Program-made: the position numbers and the translations under genes
Shown here: one piece after another, positions 24,214 to 32,514 of the stretch
How positions within the stretch are numbered: position 1 is the first letter of the stretch
How the letters are laid out: each line of letters begins with the position of its first letter
Origin: Francisella tularensis subsp. holarctica
Lineage (GTDB): Bacteria > Pseudomonadota > Gammaproteobacteria > Francisellales > CACEW01
Direction: 5' to 3'
DNA length: 56,415 nucleotides
Assembly (NCBI GenBank): GCA_945879065.1
Contig: CAMCUU010000005.1
Location: forward strand, 1 to 56,415
The notes under the pieces: generated by a model
Database searches by the model: none
What the model was told of the DNA's origin: nothing
The model's input: the letters and a program-made list of their open reading frames with translations, nothing else

Positions 24214-25100
24214 AATTAGCCTTAGGCACCGTTCAATTTGGCATGAACTATGGGATTAGTAATGCTGTAGGACAGGTGTCTCCAGAAGAAATTAAAAAAA
24301 TTTTAAAACTCGCCGCTGACAATCATATTGATTTATTAGATACCGCGGCGGCTTATGGTGAAAGTGAAGCTGTATTGGGGGAGTGTCTGACGGACTCTAA
24401 TCATTTTAAATTAATCTCAAAACTCCCCGCTTTTAAAAACCCTCATTTTACTCAGGCTGACATAGGTCTAATCAATCAAGGCTTTCAAGAATCTCTGAGA
24501 AAACTAAATACCAATCATCTTTATGGCCTATTGCTTCACAATGCCGATGATTTATTAAAACCCGGTGCTGAATTCGTATATCAGTATTTATTGGATCTAA
24601 AAAATCAGGGATTAGTTAAAAAAATTGGCGTGTCTGTTTATTACCCAGAGCAAGTCGAAAAATTATTAAAAATTTATCAATTTGATCTAGTCCAGCTTCC
24701 TATGAATCTTTTTGATCAGCGTTTTTATCGCCAGGGGATTTTAGAAAAATTAAAAGATTCAAATATAGAAATTCATGTCAGATCTGTTTTATTACAGGGT
24801 TTACTCATGATGCCTATTGCGCAAATTCCAGAGAAATTAAGCGCCGCTAAACCCTATTTAAAAAATTTAGATCAATTGGTTTTTGAGAATTTTTTGGATT
24901 CAAGATTAAGTTTATTACTGGAGTTTATTAAGCAAACCCAGCAAGTAGATTACGCCATCTTGGGGGTGACGTCGGCTGAAGAATTAAAGTTGCTTATTGA
25001 AGCTTTGGATTTTTTTAAATCTGAAAATAAAGAAAAAATAAATTGGGAAAAATTTAGTATTGAAGATGAGAATTTAATTATCCCAGCGAGGTGGAGTTGA
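24210..25100 (+). CDS. Aldo/keto reductase family oxidoreductase
   Basis: LGTVQFGMNYG, DTAAAYGESE, and a size of about 295 aa. A 4-nt overlap with pseC suggests translational coupling. Confidence 0.7.
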   Translation: MKLALGTVQFGMNYGISNAVGQVSPEEIKKILKLAADNHIDLLDTAAAYGESEAVLGECLTDSNHFKLISKLPAFKNPHFTQADIGLINQGFQESLRKLNTNHLYGLLLHNADDLLKPGAEFVYQYLLDLKNQGLVKKIGVSVYYPEQVEKLLKIYQFDLVQLPMNLFDQRFYRQGILEKLKDSNIEIHVRSVLLQGLLMMPIAQIPEKLSAAKPYLKNLDQLVFENFLDSRLSLLLEFIKQTQQVDYAILGVTSAEELKLLIEALDFFKSENKEKINWEKFSIEDENLIIPARWS

Positions 25101-25102
25101 AA

Positions 25103-25870
25103 ATGATACTGGGTATTTTACAAGCGCGGATGGGTTCTAGTCGACTCCCTGGAAAAGTATTAAAAAAGATTTTAAATCGACCCATGCTCGCTCTCCAGAT
25201 AGAGCGAATTAAGCAATCCGAGTTAATTAATCAATTAATCATTGCGACCAGTAGTAATCCTGAAGACGATGCCATTGAAAGTTTATGCGTGGATCTGGGT
25301 GTCGAATGTTTTAGGGGTAGTTTAAATAATGTTCTAGAGCGCTTTTATAAAGCAGCTGAGATTTATAATCCTGATCATATTGTGAGGCTCACTGGAGATT
25401 GCCCCCTCATAGACCCAGAAATTATGGATCAGGTTATTCAGTTTCATTTGGATAATTTCTATGACTACAGCTCAAATACTTTAGAGCCCAGTTTTCCAGA
25501 TGGCTTAGACCTGGAAGTGATGAGATTTTCTGCTTTGAAAACAGCCTTTGAAAAAGCCGTTTTACCTTCGGAATTAGAGCACGTCACGCCTTATATCCAT
25601 CGGCGTCCTGATGTTTTTTCTTTGGGTAATTTTAAATTCCAAAAAGATTTGTCTTTCCATCGCTGGACGGTGGATGAGCCTGAGGACTATGAATTAGTGT
25701 CTTGGATTTTTGAGTGTTTAAATTCAACGCATGGTTTGAATTTTAAATTTCAAGATGTTTTAAATTTATTAGAAAAACATCCAGACAAATTTAATTTAAA
25801 TCAAAAATATGTTCGCAATGAAGGGATGACAAAATCTTTATTGGCTGATCAAGAATTTCTAGTGATTTAA
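25103..25870 (+). CDS. SpsF-like cytidylyltransferase (acylneuraminate cytidylyltransferase superfamily); probable PseF-equivalent CMP-activating enzyme
   Basis: ILQARMGSSRLPGKVLK...TGDCPLIDP. ATG 25103 is preceded by GAGGTGGA, so I prefer it to the tracked GTG at 25091. Confidence 0.65.
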   Translation: MILGILQARMGSSRLPGKVLKKILNRPMLALQIERIKQSELINQLIIATSSNPEDDAIESLCVDLGVECFRGSLNNVLERFYKAAEIYNPDHIVRLTGDCPLIDPEIMDQVIQFHLDNFYDYSSNTLEPSFPDGLDLEVMRFSALKTAFEKAVLPSELEHVTPYIHRRPDVFSLGNFKFQKDLSFHRWTVDEPEDYELVSWIFECLNSTHGLNFKFQDVLNLLEKHPDKFNLNQKYVRNEGMTKSLLADQEFLVI

Positions 25871-25894
25871 AAATAAAAAAAGGGTGTATGAATC

Positions 25895-27184
25895 ATGAGT
25901 CAGCGTTATGAGCAGTCAGAAAAATATTTAGAGCAGGCTTGCAAGACAGTTCCCTTAGGATCTCAAACTTTTTCTAAGAGCCGGACACAATTTCCCTATG
26001 GTGTCTCGCCCTACTTTATTACCCATGGCAAAGGCTGTCGGGTCTGGGATTTAGATGGCAATGAATATATTGATTTTGTGAATGGCTTATTAGCCGTGAC
26101 TTTAGGTTATTGCGATCCGGACGTAGACGCAGCCGTTATGAAGCAATTATCTCAAGGGGTGATTTTTTCATTACCCCATACTTTAGAAACTGAAGTCTCT
26201 GAAAAAATAGTCGAAATGGTCCCTTGTGCTGAGATGGTGAGATTTGGAAAGAATGGTTCGGACGCAACGGCCGGGGCAGTCAGAATTGCGAGGGCTTATA
26301 CCGGCCGAGACTATGTGGCTGTCTGTGGCTATCACGGTTGGCAGGACTGGTATATTGGATCTACTGCTCGAGATTTGGGCGTGCCTAAATCAACCAAAGA
26401 GCTGACTTTAAAGTTTCAATATAATCATTTGGAAAGTTTAGAAAAATTATTTGAGCAGTATCCCAATAAGATCGCCGCTGTGATCTTAGAGCCGATGAAT
26501 GTCGAATATCCCAAAGATGATTTTTTAGCAAAAGTAAAAAATTTAACGCACAAAAATAATGCCGTTTTAATTTTCGATGAAACCATTACGGGTTTTAGAT
26601 TTTCCAAAGGGGGCGCTCAAGAATTATTTGGTGTGATTCCAGATCTAGTCACGATGGGGAAGGGCTTGGCCAATGGCTATCCCTTATCTTTAGTCGCAGG
26701 TCGCAAAGATTTAATGAAGCTGATGGAAGACATCTTTTTCTCTTTTACTTTTGGGGGAGAGACTTTGTCTTTGGCCGCCGCAAAAGCCGTGTTACATAAA
26801 ATTCAGACTCAGCCTGTCTTAGAAACAATATATAAAAACGGACAGGATTTAATTACTGGTGCGGAGCAATTAATTAATCATTTAAACCTACAAGAAGTGA
26901 TCACTATTACAGGCCATCCCAGCTGGTCATTTTTGCAATTTAAAGACTTTGGCGAATATTCCATGCTGGAGATTAAAACTTTATGGATGCAGGAAATCTT
27001 AGCGCGAGGGATCTTAAGCTTTGGCTCGCATAATTTAAGTTATTCCCACGGGGAGCTGGAGATTAAAAAGATTTTAAGTGTGTATGAAGAAGTATTTGGG
27101 TTAATAAAATCTGGCTTAGAGCAACGAAATCTCAAAGAGAAATTACGCTGCGAAACCCTGCAGCCTTTATTTAAAGTCAGATAA
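25895..27184 (+). CDS. Class III aminotransferase (glutamate-1-semialdehyde 2,1-aminomutase-like)
   Basis: FGKNGSDATAGAVRIARAYTG, DETITGFR, and MGKGLANGYP containing the PLP lysine. Confidence 0.75.
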   Translation: MSQRYEQSEKYLEQACKTVPLGSQTFSKSRTQFPYGVSPYFITHGKGCRVWDLDGNEYIDFVNGLLAVTLGYCDPDVDAAVMKQLSQGVIFSLPHTLETEVSEKIVEMVPCAEMVRFGKNGSDATAGAVRIARAYTGRDYVAVCGYHGWQDWYIGSTARDLGVPKSTKELTLKFQYNHLESLEKLFEQYPNKIAAVILEPMNVEYPKDDFLAKVKNLTHKNNAVLIFDETITGFRFSKGGAQELFGVIPDLVTMGKGLANGYPLSLVAGRKDLMKLMEDIFFSFTFGGETLSLAAAKAVLHKIQTQPVLETIYKNGQDLITGAEQLINHLNLQEVITITGHPSWSFLQFKDFGEYSMLEIKTLWMQEILARGILSFGSHNLSYSHGELEIKKILSVYEEVFGLIKSGLEQRNLKEKLRCETLQPLFKVR

Positions 27185-27197
27185 AAATAAATCAAAT

Positions 27198-28394
27198 ATG
27201 AAAAGAGCCGTTTTTCGCGTCGACGCATCGAGTCAAATAGGCACCGGGCATGTCATGCGTTGTTTAAATTTGGCCCGAGAGTTAAGAAATAAGAAATTTG
27301 AAATTTTATTTATCTGCCGGGATTTTCCAGGGAATTTAAATGGTTTTATTCGGGAGCAGGAGTTTGAGATTTGTGTGCTGCCCGCCCCCTCTCTGTCCAA
27401 AAAATCAGAAGATTTTTTGGCCTGTCTCTCCCGCGGGGGGAGAGACGATGATCAGTCCGTCAATTACGCTGAATGGCTAGGGGTGCCTTGGGAGCAAGAT
27501 GCTGAAGAGACATTAGAGACATTTAAAATTATTTCTGAATCCGTCGATTTATTAATCATTGATCATTATGGCTTAGATGCCCGATGGGAAAGAAAATTTA
27601 AAAATAAAGCTAAAAAAATTCTAGTGATTGATGACTTAGCCAATAGGCCCCATGACTGTGATTTCTTGTTAGATCAAAATCTTGTGATTTCGTCTCTCCC
27701 ATTATCTCAGAGCCAGGATTGTGTAGGGGCGGACCTGTGTGTCCGCCCGGATAAAGAACGATATAAAAATTTGGTCTCCAGTACCTGCCAATGTTTATTA
27801 GGCCCTAACTATGCCCTCTTAAACCCCGCTGTGTTAAAAGCCCGAAAAGACCGAGAACAGTATTTTATGTCTGGTGAAGAATTTAAGAGCTGCCTGGTCT
27901 TTATGGGCGGAACCGATCCTGATAATTTTTCCCAGGCTCTTGCTTTAAATCTTTTAAAAATTTTCCCTACTTTAAAAATTTATTTAATTATTGGGAGAGC
28001 AAATCTTAATTTTTCAAAACTAAAGGCTGAATTTGAGCCCTATAAAAATATCGAAATTCTAATTCAGCCAGAAAATTATTTTAATTTACTAACCCAGGTT
28101 GATTTTGTGGTGGGGGGCAGTGGCTCCAGTACCTGGGAGCGTTGTTGTATTGGAGTGCCATCTTTTTTCTTTCAAATAGCTGATAACCAGAAAGACATTT
28201 GTGAGAGTGTTTCCCAAATACAAGCAGGCGTTTTTTTAGGAGATTTAAAAAAGTTAAAGACTGCTGAGCTTGTTGGGTGTATTGAAAAAATTGTAGAGTT
28301 CGCGCCCTTGGATTTAGAGAGGATGGCAGCGGTGGGGAAAGCGTTGGTGGATGGGTTGGGAGTGATGAAAGTCAGCGAGGCCTGTTGCTTGTGA
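27198..28394 (+). CDS. pseG: UDP-2,4-diacetamido-2,4,6-trideoxy-beta-L-altropyranose hydrolase carrying two in-frame repeat insertions
   Basis: FRVDASSQIGTGHVMRCLNLAREL, DDLANRPHDCDFLLDQN, LLGPNYALL. At 398 aa it is clearly longer than the roughly 270-340 aa I recall for PseG proteins. Confidence 0.8.
   Translation: MKRAVFRVDASSQIGTGHVMRCLNLARELRNKKFEILFICRDFPGNLNGFIREQEFEICVLPAPSLSKKSEDFLACLSRGGRDDDQSVNYAEWLGVPWEQDAEETLETFKIISESVDLLIIDHYGLDARWERKFKNKAKKILVIDDLANRPHDCDFLLDQNLVISSLPLSQSQDCVGADLCVRPDKERYKNLVSSTCQCLLGPNYALLNPAVLKARKDREQYFMSGEEFKSCLVFMGGTDPDNFSQALALNLLKIFPTLKIYLIIGRANLNFSKLKAEFEPYKNIEILIQPENYFNLLTQVDFVVGGSGSSTWERCCIGVPSFFFQIADNQKDICESVSQIQAGVFLGDLKKLKTAELVGCIEKIVEFAPLDLERMAAVGKALVDGLGVMKVSEACCL
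27385..27449 (+). mobile_element. Right-half repeat module inserted in frame within pseG
   Basis: Sequence ccccctctctgtccaaaaaatcagaagattttttggcctgtctctcccgcggggggagagacgat, translated as PSLSKKSEDFLACLSRGGRDD. The spacer forms a perfect 10-bp hairpin, ccaaaaaatc/gattttttgg. Confidence 0.8.
27690..27748 (+). mobile_element. Second, composite repeat module in frame within pseG (left terminus TCGTCTCTCCC plus a REP-like hairpin)
   Basis: Sequence tcgtctctcccattatctcagagccaggattgtgtaggggcggacctgtgtgtccgccc, translated as SSLPLSQSQDCVGADLCVRP. It has the same architecture as 56251-56349. Confidence 0.7.
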
Positions 28395-28852
28395 TTATTT
28401 TGCGCCCGGCCGTTTTAGAAGACGCAGCTTTAATTTTCCCCTGGAGAAATCATCCGCAAGTTCGACAGTTTTTTTTTACTCCAGAGCCTTTAAATTTTGA
28501 AGATCATTGTGCTTGGTTCGAGCGCTCACTTTTATTGCAAGATCGCGTGATGTTGATTGCAATTTTTTCTGGAGAAGCGATTGGCTTTCTGCGTTTTGAT
28601 AGAAAAGATCAAGCAGCAGAAATTGATATTTATCTTGATCCCAGTCGCCATGGGCAAGGTTTGGGATCGAGTGTTTTATCTGCAGGGTTAAGTTGGGCTA
28701 AAGCGTATTTACTAGGTCTCAATTTATTAACGGCCAAAGTAGTCGCAGCCAATAAGACTTCACAAAGAATATTTGAAAAAAATGGGTTTCAACTTTCTCA
28801 TAGAGCACCTTCGTATCTTGAATACTCTTTAAATTTGGAGACCTCGGCATGA
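28385..28852 (+). CDS. pseH: GNAT N-acetyltransferase of the pseudaminic acid pathway
   Basis: LRPAVLEDAALIFPWRNHPQVRQFF...HCAWF...HGQGLGS. The start is TTG 28385 or GTG 28391 (GTGA overlap with pseG). Confidence 0.75.
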   Translation: MLVIILRPAVLEDAALIFPWRNHPQVRQFFFTPEPLNFEDHCAWFERSLLLQDRVMLIAIFSGEAIGFLRFDRKDQAAEIDIYLDPSRHGQGLGSSVLSAGLSWAKAYLLGLNLLTAKVVAANKTSQRIFEKNGFQLSHRAPSYLEYSLNLETSA

Positions 28853-29577
28853 TTGTCATTGCAGAATCTAAGCGCTGGGATGTTGATCTGGCTGATAAAT
28901 TGAAAAAGAATTTATTAGAGCGACAATTAAATCAAGAAATAGTGAGTATTTATCAGAAAGAAGATTTGAATCTTGAAAACTTAGAAAGACTTTCTCCTGA
29001 TTTTATTTTTTTTCCTCATTGGTCCCATATGATTCCAGAGGCTGTTTTTTCTAGGTTTACTTGCATTGTTTTTCATATGACCGATTTACCCTTTGGTCGG
29101 GGTGGCAGCCCTCTTCAGAATTTAATATCTCGAGGTATTTATGAAACCAAAATTTCGGCTTTAAGATGTGAAGCGGGGATAGATACAGGGCCTGTTTATT
29201 TAAAAAAATCTTTGTCTTTACATGGCTCAGCTCAAGAGATTTATATTCGAGCTAGTAAAATAATTAAAGAAATGATGATTGAAATAGTGCAAGAGAAAAT
29301 TCAGCCCAAGCCCCAGCAAGGTGAGCCTGTCGTATTTAAACGCAGAACGCCCGCTCAAAGTGAAATAGATTCAAAGAAACTAGATTCACTAAAGAAACTA
29401 GATTCACTGGAGAAGCTATTTGATCAGATTCGCATGTTGGATGCAGAGGGGTACCCTAAAGCTTTTATTGAACTGGGAGATTTTAAATTTGAATTTTCAC
29501 GGGCGAGTTTTTGTGGAGAGCAAATAATTTCTGATGTGAAAATTATGAAAAAAAATAGGGAAAGCTCACATGACTAA
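28849..29577 (+). CDS. Formyltransferase-like protein (Met-tRNA formyltransferase N-domain fold)
   Basis: FFPHWSHMIPEAVFSRFTCIVFHMTDLPFGRGGSPLQNLI. It contains an 18-bp tandem duplication. Confidence 0.6.
   Translation: MIVIAESKRWDVDLADKLKKNLLERQLNQEIVSIYQKEDLNLENLERLSPDFIFFPHWSHMIPEAVFSRFTCIVFHMTDLPFGRGGSPLQNLISRGIYETKISALRCEAGIDTGPVYLKKSLSLHGSAQEIYIRASKIIKEMMIEIVQEKIQPKPQQGEPVVFKRRTPAQSEIDSKKLDSLKKLDSLEKLFDQIRMLDAEGYPKAFIELGDFKFEFSRASFCGEQIISDVKIMKKNRESSHD
29368..29418 (+). repeat. In-frame 18-bp tandem repeat (AAGAAACTAGATTCACTR x2 plus partial copies) encoding DSKKLDSLKKLDSLEKL
   Basis: Read directly, with units at 29374-29391 and 29392-29409. Confidence 0.85.
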
Positions 29578-30271
29578 AAAAATTATTGCCGTGATCGCCG
29601 CGCATCCCGATGATGAAGTTTTAGGCTGTGGTGGTGTGATGGCTAAACATGTTTTATTAGGCGATGAAGTACATGTATTAATCATGGCGGAAGGGGCAAC
29701 CAGTCGAGACTGTAATAGAAATCGTGAAGAGAAAAGCGCGGAGCTTAAGGGGCTCGCTTTAGCGGCTCATCAAGCCGCTGGTATTTTAGGGGTGAAGACC
29801 CACGAATTATTAGCCTTTCCAGATAATCGAATGGATTCAGTAGATAGGCTAGACGTGGTGAAAGCGATAGAAAGTTTTTTAGAAAAATATAAGCCTAGCG
29901 TGGTTTACACGCATCATGCTGGGGATGTTAATATCGACCATCGAATTACCCATGACGCTGTGATTATTGCGAGTAGACCTCAGCCGGGGCATTTCGTTGA
30001 GTTAATTTTGTGTTTTGAAATTCCGTCCAGTACAGAGTGGCAAACGCCGGATTCAAGAGCTTGTTTCGTGCCCAATTGGTTTGAAAATATAGAAAATACG
30101 CTCAGTCATAAATTAAGAGCTTTGGCCTGTTATGAGCAAGAAATGCGCCCTTGGCCTCATGCGAGATCTTATCAAGCCGTGGAAGCTTTGGCGAAATGGC
30201 GAGGGGCGTCGATTGGGGTGACGGCTGCAGAGGCTTTTGTTTTAAGTCGAATGATTAAAAGAGAAATTTAA
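29570..30271 (+). CDS. PIG-L/LmbE family deacetylase
   Basis: AHPDDEVLGCGG and HHAGDVNIDH zinc-site motifs. Confidence 0.8.
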   Translation: MTKKIIAVIAAHPDDEVLGCGGVMAKHVLLGDEVHVLIMAEGATSRDCNRNREEKSAELKGLALAAHQAAGILGVKTHELLAFPDNRMDSVDRLDVVKAIESFLEKYKPSVVYTHHAGDVNIDHRITHDAVIIASRPQPGHFVELILCFEIPSSTEWQTPDSRACFVPNWFENIENTLSHKLRALACYEQEMRPWPHARSYQAVEALAKWRGASIGVTAAEAFVLSRMIKREI

Positions 30272-30297
30272 AAATAATTTTTAGGTGGGGGAATTTT

Positions 30298-31350
30298 ATG
30301 AAGGTTATCAACATTGCAGATCGATTAGTGGGCCCTGGGCATGCGCCTTTTATCATTGCCGAAATGTCCGGCAATCATAACCAGTCTTTAGATCGGGCTT
30401 TAGAAATTGTGGACGCTGCGGCCAAGGCTGGAGCTCATGCGATTAAATTACAAACTTATACAGCGGATACGATGACGCTCAATGTCGATAAAGATGATTT
30501 TAAAATTTTAGATAAAAATAGTTTATGGAAAGGGCGGCATTTATATGAGCTCTATCAAGAAGCCCATACACCCTGGGAATGGCATAAAGCTTTGATGGAC
30601 CGTGCGAAGTCTTTGGGGGTCTTATGTTTTTCTACACCCTTTGATGAAACCGCGGTTGATTTTTTAGAAGAGCTAGATGTCCCTTGTTATAAAATTGCAT
30701 CGTTTGAAAATACGGATGTGAGATTAATTAAAAAAGTGGCTCAGACGGGTAAGCCAGTGATTATTTCAACCGGGATGGCTGGCTTAGAAGATTTAGAATT
30801 AATGGTTCGAACTTTAAGAGAAAATCATTGTGAGAATTTTATTTTATTGAAATGCACCAGCGCGTATCCCGCTTTGCCTTCAGATGCCAATTTAAAAACC
30901 ATTCCGCATATGGCTGAAATGTTTAATTGCCAGGTGGGCTTGTCTGATCACACCATGGGAATAGGCGTGTCCTTAGCAGCTGTGGCTTTGGGAGCCACTG
31001 TGGTTGAAAAACATTTTTGTTTATCTCGCGCTGAAGGCGGTGTGGACTCTGCTTTTTCACTGGAGCCTTTTGAATTAAAGCTTTTAGTCGAAGAGTCTGA
31101 GCGGGCTTGGCAATCTTTAGGAAAAGTAAAATATCAAACCAGTGCTGTTGAAGAAAAATCGAAGCAATTTAGACGGTCTGTTTATATTTCAAAAGATATT
31201 AAAGCGGGTGAAGTCATTACAGAGGCGCATATTCGATGCGTACGTCCAGGCTATGGACTGGAGCCGAAGTATTTTGAGAAGTTAATAGGGAAAATATCTA
31301 AGTCAGATATTTCAGAAGGTTCTGCTGCGGTCTGGGAAATGTTTCTTTGA
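30298..31350 (+). CDS. pseI: Pseudaminic acid synthase (NeuB family)
   Basis: FIIAEMSGNHNQSLDRALEIVDAAAKAGAHAIKLQTYTADTMT, LSDHTMG, and a C-terminal SAF/antifreeze-like domain. Confidence 0.85.
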   Translation: MKVINIADRLVGPGHAPFIIAEMSGNHNQSLDRALEIVDAAAKAGAHAIKLQTYTADTMTLNVDKDDFKILDKNSLWKGRHLYELYQEAHTPWEWHKALMDRAKSLGVLCFSTPFDETAVDFLEELDVPCYKIASFENTDVRLIKKVAQTGKPVIISTGMAGLEDLELMVRTLRENHCENFILLKCTSAYPALPSDANLKTIPHMAEMFNCQVGLSDHTMGIGVSLAAVALGATVVEKHFCLSRAEGGVDSAFSLEPFELKLLVEESERAWQSLGKVKYQTSAVEEKSKQFRRSVYISKDIKAGEVITEAHIRCVRPGYGLEPKYFEKLIGKISKSDISEGSAAVWEMFL

Positions 31351-32513
31351 GTATTATTATTGGCATTGACGCCTCCCGCAATAGATCAGGTGGTGCAAAG
31401 GCCCATTTGATAGGTGTTCTTACTGGAGATGATCCTAGAAAATATGGTATTTCTAAAGTTCATCTTTGGGCTTATCGCTCTTTGATAAACTCTATCCCTG
31501 ATTCTCCATGGCTTGTTAAACACAGTCCTGCCGTTTTAGAAAAATCTTTGCTTTCTCAGCTGTGGTGGCAATATAAAAATTTGCCTCAAGAAGCCCGAGA
31601 ACTGGGCTGTAATATTATGTTGAATACCGATGCAGGTTCCATCTGTCCTTTTTATCCCAGCATTACGATCAGTCAGGATATGCTCTCTTTTGAGCCTGGA
31701 GAGATATCTAGATTCTGGCCATCGAAGGCGTGGCTGAGGCTTTTTCTATTAAAATATATTCAAGCTTATTCACTTAAAAAATCTTATGGCGCGATTTTTT
31801 TAACCCAGCATGCTTCAAAAGTAATACAAGAGACCACTGGGGAAATTAAAAAATTTAAAATTATTCCTCATGGCGTCAGTGAAGTGTTTCAAGCAGTTGG
31901 TTTAGCAAGAAAAGATAAATTTTATAAGTCATCTGAGAAAAAGCTAGAAGAGATTAAATTGCTTTATGTTTCCAATGCCGCGCTGTATAAACATCAGTGG
32001 CAGGTTATCAAAGCTGTTGATACTTTAAAAAAACAGAGCTTTTCAGTCTCTCTTTTGTTAGTGGGTGGAGGCAGCGGTAAAGCGCAAAAATTACTAGAGC
32101 AAGCGTTAAACCAAGTAGATCCAGAGCAAAAATTTATTCAGCAACAGCCCTTTGTAAAACATGAAGAGATTCCTAGTTATTTAAGCCAGGCGGATATTTT
32201 TATTTTTGCGTCTAGCTGTGAAAATATGCCTAATACTTTATTGGAAGCAATGGCGAGTGCTTTACCTATTGCCTGTTCTGACCGAGGGCCAATGCCAGAA
32301 GTATTAGAAAATGGCGGGGTATATTTTAATCCAGAGGATACTGAGAGTATTTCAAGAGCTATTCAAAAAATAATTAATGGCGGTGTGCAATTGCAAGAGC
32401 AGTTAGGGCTTCGCGCCTTAGAAATTTCTAAAAAATATTCTTGGGAGCGATGTGCTTCTGAGACATGGGCTTATCTCCAAGAATGTGTGACCGAACTTGC
32501 AGGAAAAAATTAA
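31347..32513 (+). CDS. Glycosyltransferase family 1/4 (GT-B)
   Basis: EX7E region ASSCENMPNTLLEAMASALPIACSDRGPMPEVL. TTG start overlaps the pseI stop. Confidence 0.7.
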   Translation: MSIIIGIDASRNRSGGAKAHLIGVLTGDDPRKYGISKVHLWAYRSLINSIPDSPWLVKHSPAVLEKSLLSQLWWQYKNLPQEARELGCNIMLNTDAGSICPFYPSITISQDMLSFEPGEISRFWPSKAWLRLFLLKYIQAYSLKKSYGAIFLTQHASKVIQETTGEIKKFKIIPHGVSEVFQAVGLARKDKFYKSSEKKLEEIKLLYVSNAALYKHQWQVIKAVDTLKKQSFSVSLLLVGGGSGKAQKLLEQALNQVDPEQKFIQQQPFVKHEEIPSYLSQADIFIFASSCENMPNTLLEAMASALPIACSDRGPMPEVLENGGVYFNPEDTESISRAIQKIINGGVQLQEQLGLRALEISKKYSWERCASETWAYLQECVTELAGKN

Positions 32514-32514
32514 G

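Noticed and set aside
26425-27228. Antisense ORFs 26425-26607 and 27040-27228
   Set aside because: They lie within or at the end of the class III aminotransferase gene and have no motifs.
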